This document shows positions 38,895 through 48,676 of a stretch of 64,000 nt of DNA, piece after piece (positions within the stretch are counted from its first letter, which is position 1; every line of letters starts with the position of its first letter). A model generated the notes under the pieces. It was not told where the DNA came from and did no database searches. It saw only the letters and a list, made by a program, of their open reading frames with translations. The position numbers were made by a program, and so were the translations under genes. The stretch is from a bacterium (GTDB taxonomy: Bacteria; Patescibacteriota; Minisyncoccia; Phycocordibacterales; Phycocordibacteraceae): the NCBI GenBank assembly GCA_023269085.1, contig JAHFML010000001.1, positions 11,966 through 75,965 on the forward strand, given 5' to 3'.

Positions 38895-40322
38895 ATGAGC
38901 TTTCCTTTCATAGCGAATATCACCGCACTGCTCTTTTCGCTCTTTGTCGGCGGACTCTTGCTCGGCACGCTCTTCGCCCATATGAAGGGTCGTGACGTCA
39001 AAGCGAAGTTCTCAATCTCACCCGCGCCAAAGCCGCGATTGCAGAAGCTCCGTCGACGGTTCCGCATGCTCATGTTCGGCTGGGAGTTCCCGCCCTTCAA
39101 TAGCGGTGGGCTCGGCGTCGCCTGTCTCGGCCTCGTGCATGCGCTCGCCGAGAAGGATCTCGATATTACCTTCGTCATGCCGAAGCGGCTGCCCTCGGGC
39201 GTACCCTTCGCGAGAATGGTCTCGGCCGACATCGACGCGATGAAGTCGCTCGCTGGCATTGAGGGTGTCACTATCCACGCTATCAACTCGCCGGTCACGC
39301 CCTATCTCACGAACGAAACCTATCTCTATCAGGCGCAATATGCGGATGGTACGCCGGTCTATGGGAGCGACCTCGTGAGCGAGGCGCGGCGCTACGCCTA
39401 CCTCGGCGGCCGCCTCGCCGCCGAAGAGCCGCACGACATCATCTACGCGCACGACTGGCTCACCTTCGGCGCGGGCCGCGAAGCGAAACGCGTCTCGGGG
39501 AAGCCGCTCGCGGTGCAGGTGCATTCGACCGAATTTGATCGCGCCGGCGGCGAGAATATCGACCAGCGCATCTACGATCTCGAGCGCGCTGGCATGCACG
39601 CCGCTGATAAGATCGTTACGGTCTCTAATCGAACGAGGCAGATCGTCGCCGAGCGCTACGGCGTCGCGATGCACAAGATACACACGGTCTGGAACGGCAT
39701 CGACGACCTCACCGCGCCGACCGCCAGCCCGACAATGACTACAGCGCGTCTCGCCGCGCTCAAAGCGGCTGGCTACAAGATCGTTCTCTTCATGGGCCGC
39801 ATCACGATTCAGAAGGGCCCTGATTATTTCGTCCGCGCCGCGCGACGAGTTCTCGACCGCGATCCGAATGTCCTCTTCATCCTCGCGGGCTCGGGCGATA
39901 TGGAACGCCAGATGATGCATCTCGCCGCATCGCTCGACATCGCCGACAAGATGCTCTTCCCCGGCTTCCTCCGCGGCCACGACCAGTACGAGGCCTACAA
40001 GCTCGCAGACCTCTTCGTGATGCCCTCCGTCTCTGAGCCTTTCGGTCTCACCGCACTCGAGGCGATGCGCCTCGGCACGCCCGTCATCGTCTCGAAGCAG
40101 TCCGGCGTCGCCGAGGCTATCAGCCAAGACCTGCAGGTCGACTTCTGGGACGTCGATCGGATGTCCGAGCTTATGATTTCTATTCTTGAATCTCCCACCA
40201 TTCACGCTGGGGCAGTGAAGCGCGGTCAGAACGAGGCGGCGGCGCTCACGTGGGAGCGTGCGGCCGAGAATATCCGTGAGAACATCGTCGACCTGCTTCT
40301 CCCCGCCCATTCTTTCGCATGA
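38895..40322 (+). CDS. GT4 glycosyltransferase (glycogen synthase-like)
   Basis: WEFPP..SGGLG, HDW, HSTEFDR, SEPFGLTALEA. Confidence 0.9.
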   Translation: MSFPFIANITALLFSLFVGGLLLGTLFAHMKGRDVKAKFSISPAPKPRLQKLRRRFRMLMFGWEFPPFNSGGLGVACLGLVHALAEKDLDITFVMPKRLPSGVPFARMVSADIDAMKSLAGIEGVTIHAINSPVTPYLTNETYLYQAQYADGTPVYGSDLVSEARRYAYLGGRLAAEEPHDIIYAHDWLTFGAGREAKRVSGKPLAVQVHSTEFDRAGGENIDQRIYDLERAGMHAADKIVTVSNRTRQIVAERYGVAMHKIHTVWNGIDDLTAPTASPTMTTARLAALKAAGYKIVLFMGRITIQKGPDYFVRAARRVLDRDPNVLFILAGSGDMERQMMHLAASLDIADKMLFPGFLRGHDQYEAYKLADLFVMPSVSEPFGLTALEAMRLGTPVIVSKQSGVAEAISQDLQVDFWDVDRMSELMISILESPTIHAGAVKRGQNEAAALTWERAAENIRENIVDLLLPAHSFA

Positions 40323-41512
40323 AATCCATCTGCCTTTATCTCCAGATCCATCAACCCTATCGCGTGAAGCGTTATGGGCTCTTCGACATCGGCCACGATC
40401 ATGACTACTTCAACGACGCAGGCGAGGGCGACTTGAACAACAGCCGCATCCTGCGCAAGGTCGCGGGCAAGTCCTATCGCCCGACCGCTGAGCTCCTGCT
40501 CGCGCTCCTCGAACGCCACCACGAGTTCAAAGTGTCACTCTCCTTCTCCGGCATCGTGCTCGAGCAGCTCGCCCTTGACGCGCCCGAGGTGCTCGACCTC
40601 TTCAAGCGCATGGCCGCGACCGGCCGCGTCGAGATCCTCGCCGAGACGTATTACCACTCGCTCGCATTCTTCTATTCACGCGCCGAGTTCGAACGCCAAG
40701 TCGAGAAGCACGCGGATCTCGTGAAGCGACTCTTCGGCGTAACCCCGCGCGTCTTCCGCAATACCGAGCTCTCCTACCGCAACGATCTCGGCCTCTGGGC
40801 CGACGAGCAGGGCTACGCGGGCATCATCACCGAGGGCTGGGACCCGGTCTTGGGCTGGCGCAGCCCCAACTATGTCTATCGCCCGCGCGGCGCCAAGGGC
40901 GCGCGTCTTCTCCTTAAGAATTATCGCCTCTCCGACGACGTCGCCTTCCGCTTCTCCTCGCGCTCATGGGCCGGCTGGCCACTCACCACCGAGAAGTTCG
41001 GCCAATGGGTCGCCGAGGCCGAGGGTGACACGGTCAACCTCTTCATGGACTACGAGACCTTCGGCGAACATCAGTGGGAGGACACCGGCATCTTCAACTT
41101 CCTCGAGCACTTGCCTGCTGAATTACTCAAGAACCAAGGTCTCGATTTCAAAACCCCATCCGAAGTCATTGCTTCTTACGAGGCACGGGACGAGGTCGAC
41201 GTGCCGCACACCCTCACCTGGGCCGACACCGACCGCGACCTCACCGCATGGGTCGGCAACGATCTCCAGCGTTCGGCTATCGACGCGGTGTATCGGCTCG
41301 AGCCGGCTGTTCTCGCATCGGGAGATGTCGGTATTACTGAAGATTGGCGACGTCTCCAGACCTCTGATCACTTCTATTATATGTGTACCAAGTGGTTCGC
41401 CGACGGCGACGTTCACGCCTACTTCTCGCCCTACGCGTCGCCCTATGACGCCTTCAACGCCTACATGCACGCCTACAAAGATCTCGAATGGCGTCTGCGC
41501 ACGGCGCCCTGA
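40319..41512 (+). CDS. GH57 alpha-amylase
   Basis: HQP, ETYYHSL, FRNTEL, DYETFGEH, QTSDHFYYM. Confidence 0.93.
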   Translation: MKSICLYLQIHQPYRVKRYGLFDIGHDHDYFNDAGEGDLNNSRILRKVAGKSYRPTAELLLALLERHHEFKVSLSFSGIVLEQLALDAPEVLDLFKRMAATGRVEILAETYYHSLAFFYSRAEFERQVEKHADLVKRLFGVTPRVFRNTELSYRNDLGLWADEQGYAGIITEGWDPVLGWRSPNYVYRPRGAKGARLLLKNYRLSDDVAFRFSSRSWAGWPLTTEKFGQWVAEAEGDTVNLFMDYETFGEHQWEDTGIFNFLEHLPAELLKNQGLDFKTPSEVIASYEARDEVDVPHTLTWADTDRDLTAWVGNDLQRSAIDAVYRLEPAVLASGDVGITEDWRRLQTSDHFYYMCTKWFADGDVHAYFSPYASPYDAFNAYMHAYKDLEWRLRTAP

Positions 41513-41517
41513 TTATC

Positions 41518-43482
41518 ATGCGCTCCCTCGTCCTCGGCAACGGCTCGCTCCTCGTCACGCTCGATTCGAGAGGCGAGGTGCGCGACCTCTACTTCCCCAA
41601 CATCGGTCTTGAGAATCATGTCGGCGGGAGCCTGCGCCACCGCATCGGCGTCTATGTCGACGGCGCGCTCTCCTGGCTCTCAGACGAGCCGCGCTGGGAA
41701 ATCGAGGTTGGCTGTGAAGAAGATTCGCTCGAGAGCCGCATCAGGGCGTCGAATCCGGCGCTCGAGGTTAGCCTCGACTTCAGAGATGTCGTCTACAACG
41801 AGAGCGACATCTTTCTCCGCCACGTTGTCGTCACCAATCTCGCCACGCGCGAGCGCGAGATAAAAATATATTTCGGACACGAATTCGAAATTCATCGCTC
41901 CGTCGGCGGCGACACCGCCTACTTCGACCCTGAGTCGGGCACTATCATTCACTACAAAGGCAAGCGCGTCTTCCTCGTCAATGGGACCTGCGACCAAGAG
42001 CGCTTTTCTGATTATGCGGTCGGCTTCCTCCACTCTGAAGGCCGGCAGGGCACCTACCGCGACGCCGAAGATGGCGCGCTCTCCAAGAATCCTATCGAGC
42101 ATGGCCTCGTCGATTCGGTCATCGGCTTCTATCATCATTACGGCCCGGGCGCCGAGAAAACGATCCACTACTGGCTCGCGGCGAGCGACTCGATCGCGCG
42201 CGCGCACGAGCTCGACGCCTACGTCTTGCGCAAGACGCCGGAGCACTTGCTCAAGACCGCCGGCAACTATTGGCGCGCATGGGTCAACAAATATCCGTGG
42301 AGCTTCTACGGTATGTCGCGAGAGATGATCGTGCTCTTCAAGCGCTCGCTCATGTTCATGCGCGCGCACGTCGACAACGGCGGCGGCATCATCGCCTCTT
42401 CTGACGCCGAGATTCTCCAGTATGGCGAAGACACCTACGCCTATGTCTGGCCGCGCGACGCCTCCTATGCGGCGCTCGCGCTCGATCACGCGGGCGATGT
42501 CAACGTCGCCGAACGCTTCTTCAATTTCTGCAATGCCGTCATCAGCAAAGACGGCTACTTCATGCACAAATATCTGCCCGACCAGTCGCTCGGCTCCTCC
42601 TGGCACCCGTGGATCCGGAACGGCGAGCTCCAGCTCCCTATCCAAGAAGACGAGACCGCGCTCGTCATCTGGTCGCTCGCGAAGCATTATGAGCACAGCC
42701 GCGACCTCGAGTTCATCGAGCGGCTTTATAATTCGCTCATCGAGAAAGGCGCGAATTTCATGGCGGCGTATCGCGACCCGACGACTGGCCTGCCGAAGCC
42801 GTCCTACGATTTGTGGGAGGAGCGGCACGGCGTCTCGACCTATACCGCCGCCGCCGTCTTCGGCGCGCTCTCTGCTGCGGCTGATATCGCGAAGATGCTG
42901 GGCAAAGAGGACCGCGAGCAATTCTATCGTGCGACCGCGGGTGAAGTCCGCGAGGGCATCTTGAAGCATCTCGTCGGCGGCGAGTGCGGCTTCGTGAAGA
43001 TGCTCGAGACGAGCGGCGCGACGGCGGTCTGTAATCAGACCGCCGACATGTCGAGCGCGTACGGGCTCTTCTCCTTCGGAGTACTCGCGCCTGACGATCC
43101 GCGGCTCACGAGCGCCTTCGCCGATACCGTCGCGAAGCTCAGCGTGCAAGGCGGCATCGGGCGCTATGAGCACGATCGCTACTATGCAGTGAGCGATGTC
43201 GGCAATCCATGGTTCATCTGCACGCTCTGGCAGGCGGAATATCTGATTGCCCGCGCGAAGAGCGAGGAGGACCTCGCACCAGTCTTGGCGATATTCGACT
43301 GGGTCACCAAGCGCGCGCTCCCCTCCGGCGTGCTCTCTGAGCAGATCCGTGCGACCGACGGCGCGCCCTGCTCGGTCGCGCCCCTCATGTGGAGCCACGC
43401 GGGCTATGTGAACGCCGTCTTGCAATATCTCGACAAACTCGCCGAGCTCGGCGTCTGCCCGAACTGCAATCCCGCGCCATAA
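41518..43482 (+). CDS. GH15 glucoamylase-like protein
   Basis: Y.YVWPRD, QEDET, YDLWEE, LSEQ...PLMWSH. Confidence 0.92.
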   Translation: MRSLVLGNGSLLVTLDSRGEVRDLYFPNIGLENHVGGSLRHRIGVYVDGALSWLSDEPRWEIEVGCEEDSLESRIRASNPALEVSLDFRDVVYNESDIFLRHVVVTNLATREREIKIYFGHEFEIHRSVGGDTAYFDPESGTIIHYKGKRVFLVNGTCDQERFSDYAVGFLHSEGRQGTYRDAEDGALSKNPIEHGLVDSVIGFYHHYGPGAEKTIHYWLAASDSIARAHELDAYVLRKTPEHLLKTAGNYWRAWVNKYPWSFYGMSREMIVLFKRSLMFMRAHVDNGGGIIASSDAEILQYGEDTYAYVWPRDASYAALALDHAGDVNVAERFFNFCNAVISKDGYFMHKYLPDQSLGSSWHPWIRNGELQLPIQEDETALVIWSLAKHYEHSRDLEFIERLYNSLIEKGANFMAAYRDPTTGLPKPSYDLWEERHGVSTYTAAAVFGALSAAADIAKMLGKEDREQFYRATAGEVREGILKHLVGGECGFVKMLETSGATAVCNQTADMSSAYGLFSFGVLAPDDPRLTSAFADTVAKLSVQGGIGRYEHDRYYAVSDVGNPWFICTLWQAEYLIARAKSEEDLAPVLAIFDWVTKRALPSGVLSEQIRATDGAPCSVAPLMWSHAGYVNAVLQYLDKLAELGVCPNCNPAP

Positions 43483-43499
43483 GCGCTATACTGTTTGAT

Positions 43500-44477
43500 A
43501 TGGAAGACCAGATTCTGAATTTCAATACTCAATTCGCGTGGGAGCCGGAGATAGAGAACGAGGGACGATTGCCCGAGACTTTTTCGCACCTGATCGTCTG
43601 CGGGATGGGCGGCTCGCACCTCGGCGCGCGACTGCTCATGGGCGCTGACTCGACGCTCCCGCTCACCATCCACAGCGACTACGGCCTCCCGCGCGAGCCG
43701 GATGAGCGCTTGCAGAGCGCCCTCATCGTCGCGAGCTCCTATTCGGGCGAGACCGAAGAGACGCTCGATGCGGCGCGCGCCGCCGCGGCGCGCGGTCTCT
43801 CGGTCGCCTGTGTCACGACCGGCGGTGCGCTCGCCGCGCTTGCCCGCGAACAAAACTTGCCGTTCATTCTTATACCGAAAGATGGTATCGAGCCGCGCAT
43901 GGCGGTTGGCGCGTCGATGCTCGCGCTCGCACGGCTCCTGCGTAATGCCGATCTCGAGCGCGCGATTCGCGAGGCTGGTACGCGCGTCGATGTGATGGCC
44001 GGAAAAGAAGTCGGCGCCAATCTCGCGCGGAGCATCGCCGAGCGCATCCCCGTCGTCTATGCCTCGACAGCGAACGCTGGCCTCGCCTACTTCTTGAAGA
44101 TTGCGCTCAACGAGACCGGCAAGCTCCCCGCCTTCTCTAATCTCTTCCCCGAGCTCTGCCACAACGAGCTCTCGGGCTTCGACACCACGCCGCTCGCGCG
44201 CCCGCTCGCCGAACATCTCCACGCTATCATCCTCGCCGACCCGAGCGACCACCCGCGCATAGGGAAGCGCCAACAGATCGTGCGCGCGATGCTCGAAGAG
44301 CGCGGCGTCACCGTGTCGGTCATCGAAATCGCGGGAGCGATGCCACTCGACAAGGCGTTCTCAACTATTCTCACCGGCGTCTGGGCCGCCATCGCGCTCG
44401 CCGCGCGCTATCAGGTGCCCGACGACGCCGCGACGCCGATTATCGCGGACTTCAAAGCGAAGATGCTCGAATCATGA
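43500..44477 (+). CDS. Bifunctional phosphoglucose/phosphomannose isomerase (SIS)
   Basis: GMGGS, SSYSGETEET, NETGK, PELCHNE. Confidence 0.9.
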   Translation: MEDQILNFNTQFAWEPEIENEGRLPETFSHLIVCGMGGSHLGARLLMGADSTLPLTIHSDYGLPREPDERLQSALIVASSYSGETEETLDAARAAAARGLSVACVTTGGALAALAREQNLPFILIPKDGIEPRMAVGASMLALARLLRNADLERAIREAGTRVDVMAGKEVGANLARSIAERIPVVYASTANAGLAYFLKIALNETGKLPAFSNLFPELCHNELSGFDTTPLARPLAEHLHAIILADPSDHPRIGKRQQIVRAMLEERGVTVSVIEIAGAMPLDKAFSTILTGVWAAIALAARYQVPDDAATPIIADFKAKMLES

Positions 44478-45283
44478 TTATCGTTGCTGACATTGGCGGG
44501 ACCCACCTGCGCATCGCGGCGAGCGACACGCCTGACACGTTCGAAGAGCCGGTCGTCGTCGACACGCCGGTCGCCTTCGATGAGGGTGTTGCGGCCTTTG
44601 CCGCAGCCGTACGCACCGCCGCCAAAGATCGCCCCGTTACTGGCGCGGTCGCTGGCATCGCGGGAGTCTTTTCGCGTGATCGTCACATGCTCCTCATCTC
44701 TCCGCACTTGCCCGAATGGTGCGGCCGCGATATTGCAGGCGCCTTCAGCGCGGCTATCAGCGCACCGGTCGAGGTCGAGAACGATGTCGTGCTCGGCGCT
44801 CTTGGCGAAGCGCATCACGGCGCTGGTAGGGGTGCCGCGATTGTCGTCTATGTCGCGGTCGGCACCGGCGTGGGCGGCGCACGCGTCTCTCACGGCGCCG
44901 TTGAGCCTGCGACCTTCGGCTTCGAGATCGGTCACCAGCTCCTCGGCACGGGCGAGGGCGCACCCGAGTGGGAGTCGCTGATCTCGGGCACTGGGATCGA
45001 GAATCGTTATAACGCGCCCGCCGCCGAGATCACCGATCCGGCCGTGTGGGAGCGGTGCGCTGACGATTTCGCCTATGGGCTCTACAACACGCTTCTGCAT
45101 TGGTCGCCCGAGCGTGTCGTCCTCGGTGGGTCGGCCTTCAAAGGCACCGCTGCAATCCCGCTCGAACGCGTCCGCACGACGCTTGGCGCTATCAATCAAT
45201 ACCTGCCCGAGCTGCCCGAGCTCTGTCTTGCCGAGCTCGACTACCCCGGCCTCTACGGCGCCCTCGTCAGGAGCGCCTCCTAA
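44474..45283 (+). CDS. ROK family sugar kinase
   Basis: DIGGT, END...ALGE, GTGVGG, EIGH. Confidence 0.92.
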   Translation: MIIVADIGGTHLRIAASDTPDTFEEPVVVDTPVAFDEGVAAFAAAVRTAAKDRPVTGAVAGIAGVFSRDRHMLLISPHLPEWCGRDIAGAFSAAISAPVEVENDVVLGALGEAHHGAGRGAAIVVYVAVGTGVGGARVSHGAVEPATFGFEIGHQLLGTGEGAPEWESLISGTGIENRYNAPAAEITDPAVWERCADDFAYGLYNTLLHWSPERVVLGGSAFKGTAAIPLERVRTTLGAINQYLPELPELCLAELDYPGLYGALVRSAS

Positions 45284-45286
45284 GCG

Positions 45287-45311
45287 CGGGTGGACACCTA
45301 GTGTCCACCCG
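45287..45311. repeat. REP family A palindrome
   Basis: CGGGTGGACACCTAGTGTCCACCCG. Confidence 0.9.
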
Positions 45312-45318
45312 TTAGGCA

Positions 45319-45346
45319 TAAAAAAGAGCCACCGAAGTGGCTCTTG
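45319..45346 (-). terminator. Intrinsic terminator
   Basis: AAGAGCCAC-TTCG-GTGGCTCTTTTTT on the minus strand. Confidence 0.75.
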
Positions 45347-45368
45347 AAGGCGGCGAGACTTGGTAGCC

Positions 45369-46010
45369 CTAGCTGTCGATACTTTTCTGCGCTTGGGCGA
45401 ACAGGGCGCGTTGTTCAATGGGAAGATCGAGGTCATCCTTTGCCACGCGGAGCGCGGCGTTGAATGCTGCTCGTGCGGTCAGGACATTTCTTGCTGTCCT
45501 GATGACAGCCTCCTCCGATATCGCAATATTCAGACGCTTTTTCAGAAACTCGGCTTCGGCACGCAACACGGCATTGGCGAGACCAACGAGCACCATCTCG
45601 ACGAATGCCACATTGCACAACCAATTTTTGTCGTCTTGGCTGGAATAAAGCACCTCGACCTTCTGGCGGAACTCTTCGAGTTGTCCACTGACAACGGCAA
45701 ATTGATCACTAAACTTCATAGAGCGCAATATCGCGAAGGAAGATATTGCCACTACGACACACCCCATGATTACGAGAAGTATTGGACTTAACTGCTTACA
45801 TTTGGGAGCAATAACCACAGTCAAAACAAAGATATTTAGAAGAAGGAAACCGAAACCAAGGAAATACCAGAATTTCTTTCCTTCTTGCAGAAGATCAAGT
45901 TGTGTAGCCTTCTCCTTCAGCGAACCAACCTCGGGATGCCGGCGTTCGTAGCCGGCGATGAGATCGTCATGGACATGCTCGATGAGAGCACTGATGTCTT
46001 TCGTTTTCAT
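45369..46010 (-). CDS. Hypothetical two-TM membrane protein
   Basis: 213 aa, two hydrophobic segments, own terminator. Confidence 0.65.
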   Translation of the reverse strand: MKTKDISALIEHVHDDLIAGYERRHPEVGSLKEKATQLDLLQEGKKFWYFLGFGFLLLNIFVLTVVIAPKCKQLSPILLVIMGCVVVAISSFAILRSMKFSDQFAVVSGQLEEFRQKVEVLYSSQDDKNWLCNVAFVEMVLVGLANAVLRAEAEFLKKRLNIAISEEAVIRTARNVLTARAAFNAALRVAKDDLDLPIEQRALFAQAQKSIDS

Positions 46011-46039
46011 TTCGAACCCCTTTTCAAGGTGCCTTTGGC

Positions 46040-46133
46040 GGCCACGGTCTTTCGGACACGCTTGCGAGCTTTCGACCCGCGAGCGTAGGGCCTCTCGGCC
46101 GTCGTGTAGCCCAAAATAGCCCAGGCGACTATT
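46040..46133 (-). ncRNA. Candidate structured RNA (four-way junction) upstream of ORF 46010
   Basis: Closing stem GGCUAC/GUGGCC encloses three hairpins with GAGA or GAAA-containing loops. Confidence 0.4.
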
Positions 46134-46173
46134 CCGTGCATATTAGAGCACTTACCTACTATTTATGCAAGAG

Positions 46174-46223
46174 CACCCTGCGGGTGGACACCGGGTGGAC
46201 ACCTAGTGTCCACCCGCAGGGTG
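46174..46223. repeat. Extended REP family A palindrome with duplicated arm, 5' of RAYT
   Basis: CACCCTGCGGGTGGACAC-CGGGTGGACAC-CTA-GTGTCCACCCGCAGGGTG. Confidence 0.9.
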
Positions 46224-46230
46224 TATACTG

Positions 46231-46932
46231 ATGCGTATGGGATATCGAGAATCGGTTACTGACTCCTATGTGCATGTCTATAATCGCGGCGCGAAGAAGC
46301 TTGATATATTTCGTGAACATGCCGACCTCTTTCGTCTTATGTACGGCCTCTACTATTTCAACAACGAAAATCCGATGTCCGCTTCGTGGGTGCGCGATGT
46401 TGAACGCGCAGGAGGCATGCACACTTTCGCATGGCCGGAACATTGGGAACCGCGCGCGCCGCTCGTCTCAATACTCGCATTCACCATCATGCCGAACCAT
46501 TTTCATATCGTCTTGAAGGAGATTGTTGACGGCGGTGTCGGGAAGTTTATGCATCGGGTCAGCATGAGTTATTCAAAATTCATCAACGAAAAATATGCTG
46601 AGAACGGTAGCTTATTCCAGGGCACGTATAAAGCTCGGCGTATTGACGACGAAACAGATCTCCACAATTTATTGGTCTACACGATGATCAAGAACCCTTT
46701 TGAACTATACCCGAGCGGCCTGCGGCACGCGTGCCAGAATTTTGATCAAGCGTACGATCATGCTCTTGCGTATCCTCTCACGAGTCTCGCCGAATACGTA
46801 GAGCATACGAGCCCCGCAATACTTGATCATGGCCTGCTACGCGACATCGGCGAGGACCGGAGTGCTTTCAAAGAATTTGCCCGAGAGAGCATGGCGCATC
46901 ATCTCGATCAGATGAACATATTCGATTTCTAG
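46231..46932 (+). CDS. REP-associated tyrosine transposase (RAYT, IS200-like Y1 HUH)
   Basis: YVHVYNRG, MPNHFH (HUH), SLFQG.YK, Y...NP; flanked by palindromes; true start may be 46237. Confidence 0.9.
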   Translation: MRMGYRESVTDSYVHVYNRGAKKLDIFREHADLFRLMYGLYYFNNENPMSASWVRDVERAGGMHTFAWPEHWEPRAPLVSILAFTIMPNHFHIVLKEIVDGGVGKFMHRVSMSYSKFINEKYAENGSLFQGTYKARRIDDETDLHNLLVYTMIKNPFELYPSGLRHACQNFDQAYDHALAYPLTSLAEYVEHTSPAILDHGLLRDIGEDRSAFKEFARESMAHHLDQMNIFDF

Positions 46933-46946
46933 CCGTAGCGAACTCG

Positions 46947-46975
46947 GACGGGTGGACACCTAGTGTCCACCCGTC
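46947..46975. repeat. REP family A palindrome 3' of RAYT
   Basis: GACGGGTGGACACCTAGTGTCCACCCGTC. Confidence 0.9.
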
Positions 46976-46978
46976 TGG

Positions 46979-48676
46979 TTATTTCCTGTCGAGGAGCCGC
47001 ACGAGGCGGATGACTTCAAATGAATATTTGCCGCGGAGAGCATGGAAGACGGGCGCGAGCTTGTCGTCCTTCTCTTCTGCGAGCGCGAGCTGTATCTCTT
47101 CGACAATCTCGGGAGCCGGCAAGAGATGACGGAAGTCTTCGGGCGCGAGGCGTTCGAGCTCAGCGAGCTCTTCGAGATGATGCACAATAGTCGAGACGAC
47201 GAAGCCACGCGCCTTGGCGACGGCCGCGAGCCCGGTCGCCTCGCGGGCGGCCTGCAGAGTCTCGGCGAGGCGGCCGGGGAGTGCGTCTGAACGCGCGCCG
47301 CTCTGCAGCGCGCGTTTCCCCTTCCCTTTTTCCCGCATCTTCTTCTCTTCACCCGGTGTGAGCCACGCGCCGCCCATCGCGGTGACGAATTTCTTCTGCA
47401 TTCCCTCGACCTCCTTCTCCGGCATCTCGGTGAACGCCTCGCGCGCCGCATCGCTCGCGGCTCTGAAATCCCCGTCCTTCTTCAAAATCTCTGGGTGGAC
47501 CTCAAGCGCGCGCTCGTTCAAGCCGGTGAGGTAGAGGCCGCTCAAGCGCCGCACACGCGAGAGTGCGACATACCCTTGCCCATATTCAAAGGCGCGAGAG
47601 AGATCGATGATCGCCGCGTCCATGCTCATCCCCTGGCTCTTGTGCACCGTCATCGCATAGGCGAGGCGGAGCGGGATCTGCGCGACGCTCGCCTTCACCT
47701 TCCCCTGCTCCTCGACCTGCCACTCCATCGGCTCGGTGTGCACCCGCACACCCTCCTTCGTCTTCACGACTGGCGTGCCGTCGTCACCCCAACCCGTCAC
47801 GACACCGAGCGTGCCATTCACGAACCTCCCTTGCGGCGAGTTCTTGGTGAACATCACCGCGGCGCCTTCTTTGAGCTCGAGAATCTCGGGCGAGAGACAG
47901 CCGCGCTTCAGCCCTTCGACCAAGCTATCCTTGCCCTTTGAGCTCATATAAAACTTCTTCACGACGCCCGTGATCGCGGCGAGCGCGGCGGTGTTTATTC
48001 TATCGACATCGACATTATGCGAGAAGAGCTGGGGCGTGCCCGCTGGCGCGTCGATCCCCGCGCGCCGCGCGTCGAGGTGTCCGCGATGCTCTTCGATGAC
48101 TTCGCCGCGCCGGATAGCCGAGAGCACGCTGAGGAAGTCGGCGTCATCCTGCCGATACTGCTCGGTCAGGTAGCAGGTGATAAGATTCAAGTCGCGCCAC
48201 ACGCTCGAGGTATAGCAGAAGATCGATTCTTTATTCCGCGATATGGGCGGCAGCTGGAAGAAGTCTCCGACGAGGATCACGGTGAGCCCGCCAAAGGGCA
48301 GGTCGACCCGCCGCACCTCGCGACACACTGCGTCCGCCATCGCGAGGGTCGCGGCCGAGAGCATCGAAACCTCTTCGATAATAAGCACCTTCGCCTTCCC
48401 GATGCGCTTCGCGACATGCTCTTTGGTCGCGATGCGGTCGATGTCGGCCGGAGAGAGCGACTCGCTGATGCCGATGCCGCTCCACGAGTGCAGGGTCATC
48501 CCGCCCACGTGCGTCGCCGCGATGCCGGTCGCCGCCGTGACCGCGGACTCGATACCCGAGGCGCGGAGCCAGTCGACAAAGGCGTTGACTGTGTGCGTCT
48601 TACCGCTCCCCGGCTCGCCCGTGAGGAAGACGTTCGCACCGGTCTTCAATATCTTGAGCGCTTCGCCTTGAGTCAT
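46979..48676 (-). CDS. PIF1-family helicase with C-terminal HTH
   Basis: GEPGSGKT, GDFFQLPP, TVHKSQG, YVALSR. Confidence 0.93.
   Translation of the reverse strand: MTQGEALKILKTGANVFLTGEPGSGKTHTVNAFVDWLRASGIESAVTAATGIAATHVGGMTLHSWSGIGISESLSPADIDRIATKEHVAKRIGKAKVLIIEEVSMLSAATLAMADAVCREVRRVDLPFGGLTVILVGDFFQLPPISRNKESIFCYTSSVWRDLNLITCYLTEQYRQDDADFLSVLSAIRRGEVIEEHRGHLDARRAGIDAPAGTPQLFSHNVDVDRINTAALAAITGVVKKFYMSSKGKDSLVEGLKRGCLSPEILELKEGAAVMFTKNSPQGRFVNGTLGVVTGWGDDGTPVVKTKEGVRVHTEPMEWQVEEQGKVKASVAQIPLRLAYAMTVHKSQGMSMDAAIIDLSRAFEYGQGYVALSRVRRLSGLYLTGLNERALEVHPEILKKDGDFRAASDAAREAFTEMPEKEVEGMQKKFVTAMGGAWLTPGEEKKMREKGKGKRALQSGARSDALPGRLAETLQAAREATGLAAVAKARGFVVSTIVHHLEELAELERLAPEDFRHLLPAPEIVEEIQLALAEEKDDKLAPVFHALRGKYSFEVIRLVRLLDRK

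Noticed and set aside
9451-45366. Shared GCGAGACTT(T)GGTAG at 9452 and 45353
   Set aside because: Only ~14 nt with a gap and in different contexts; may be chance
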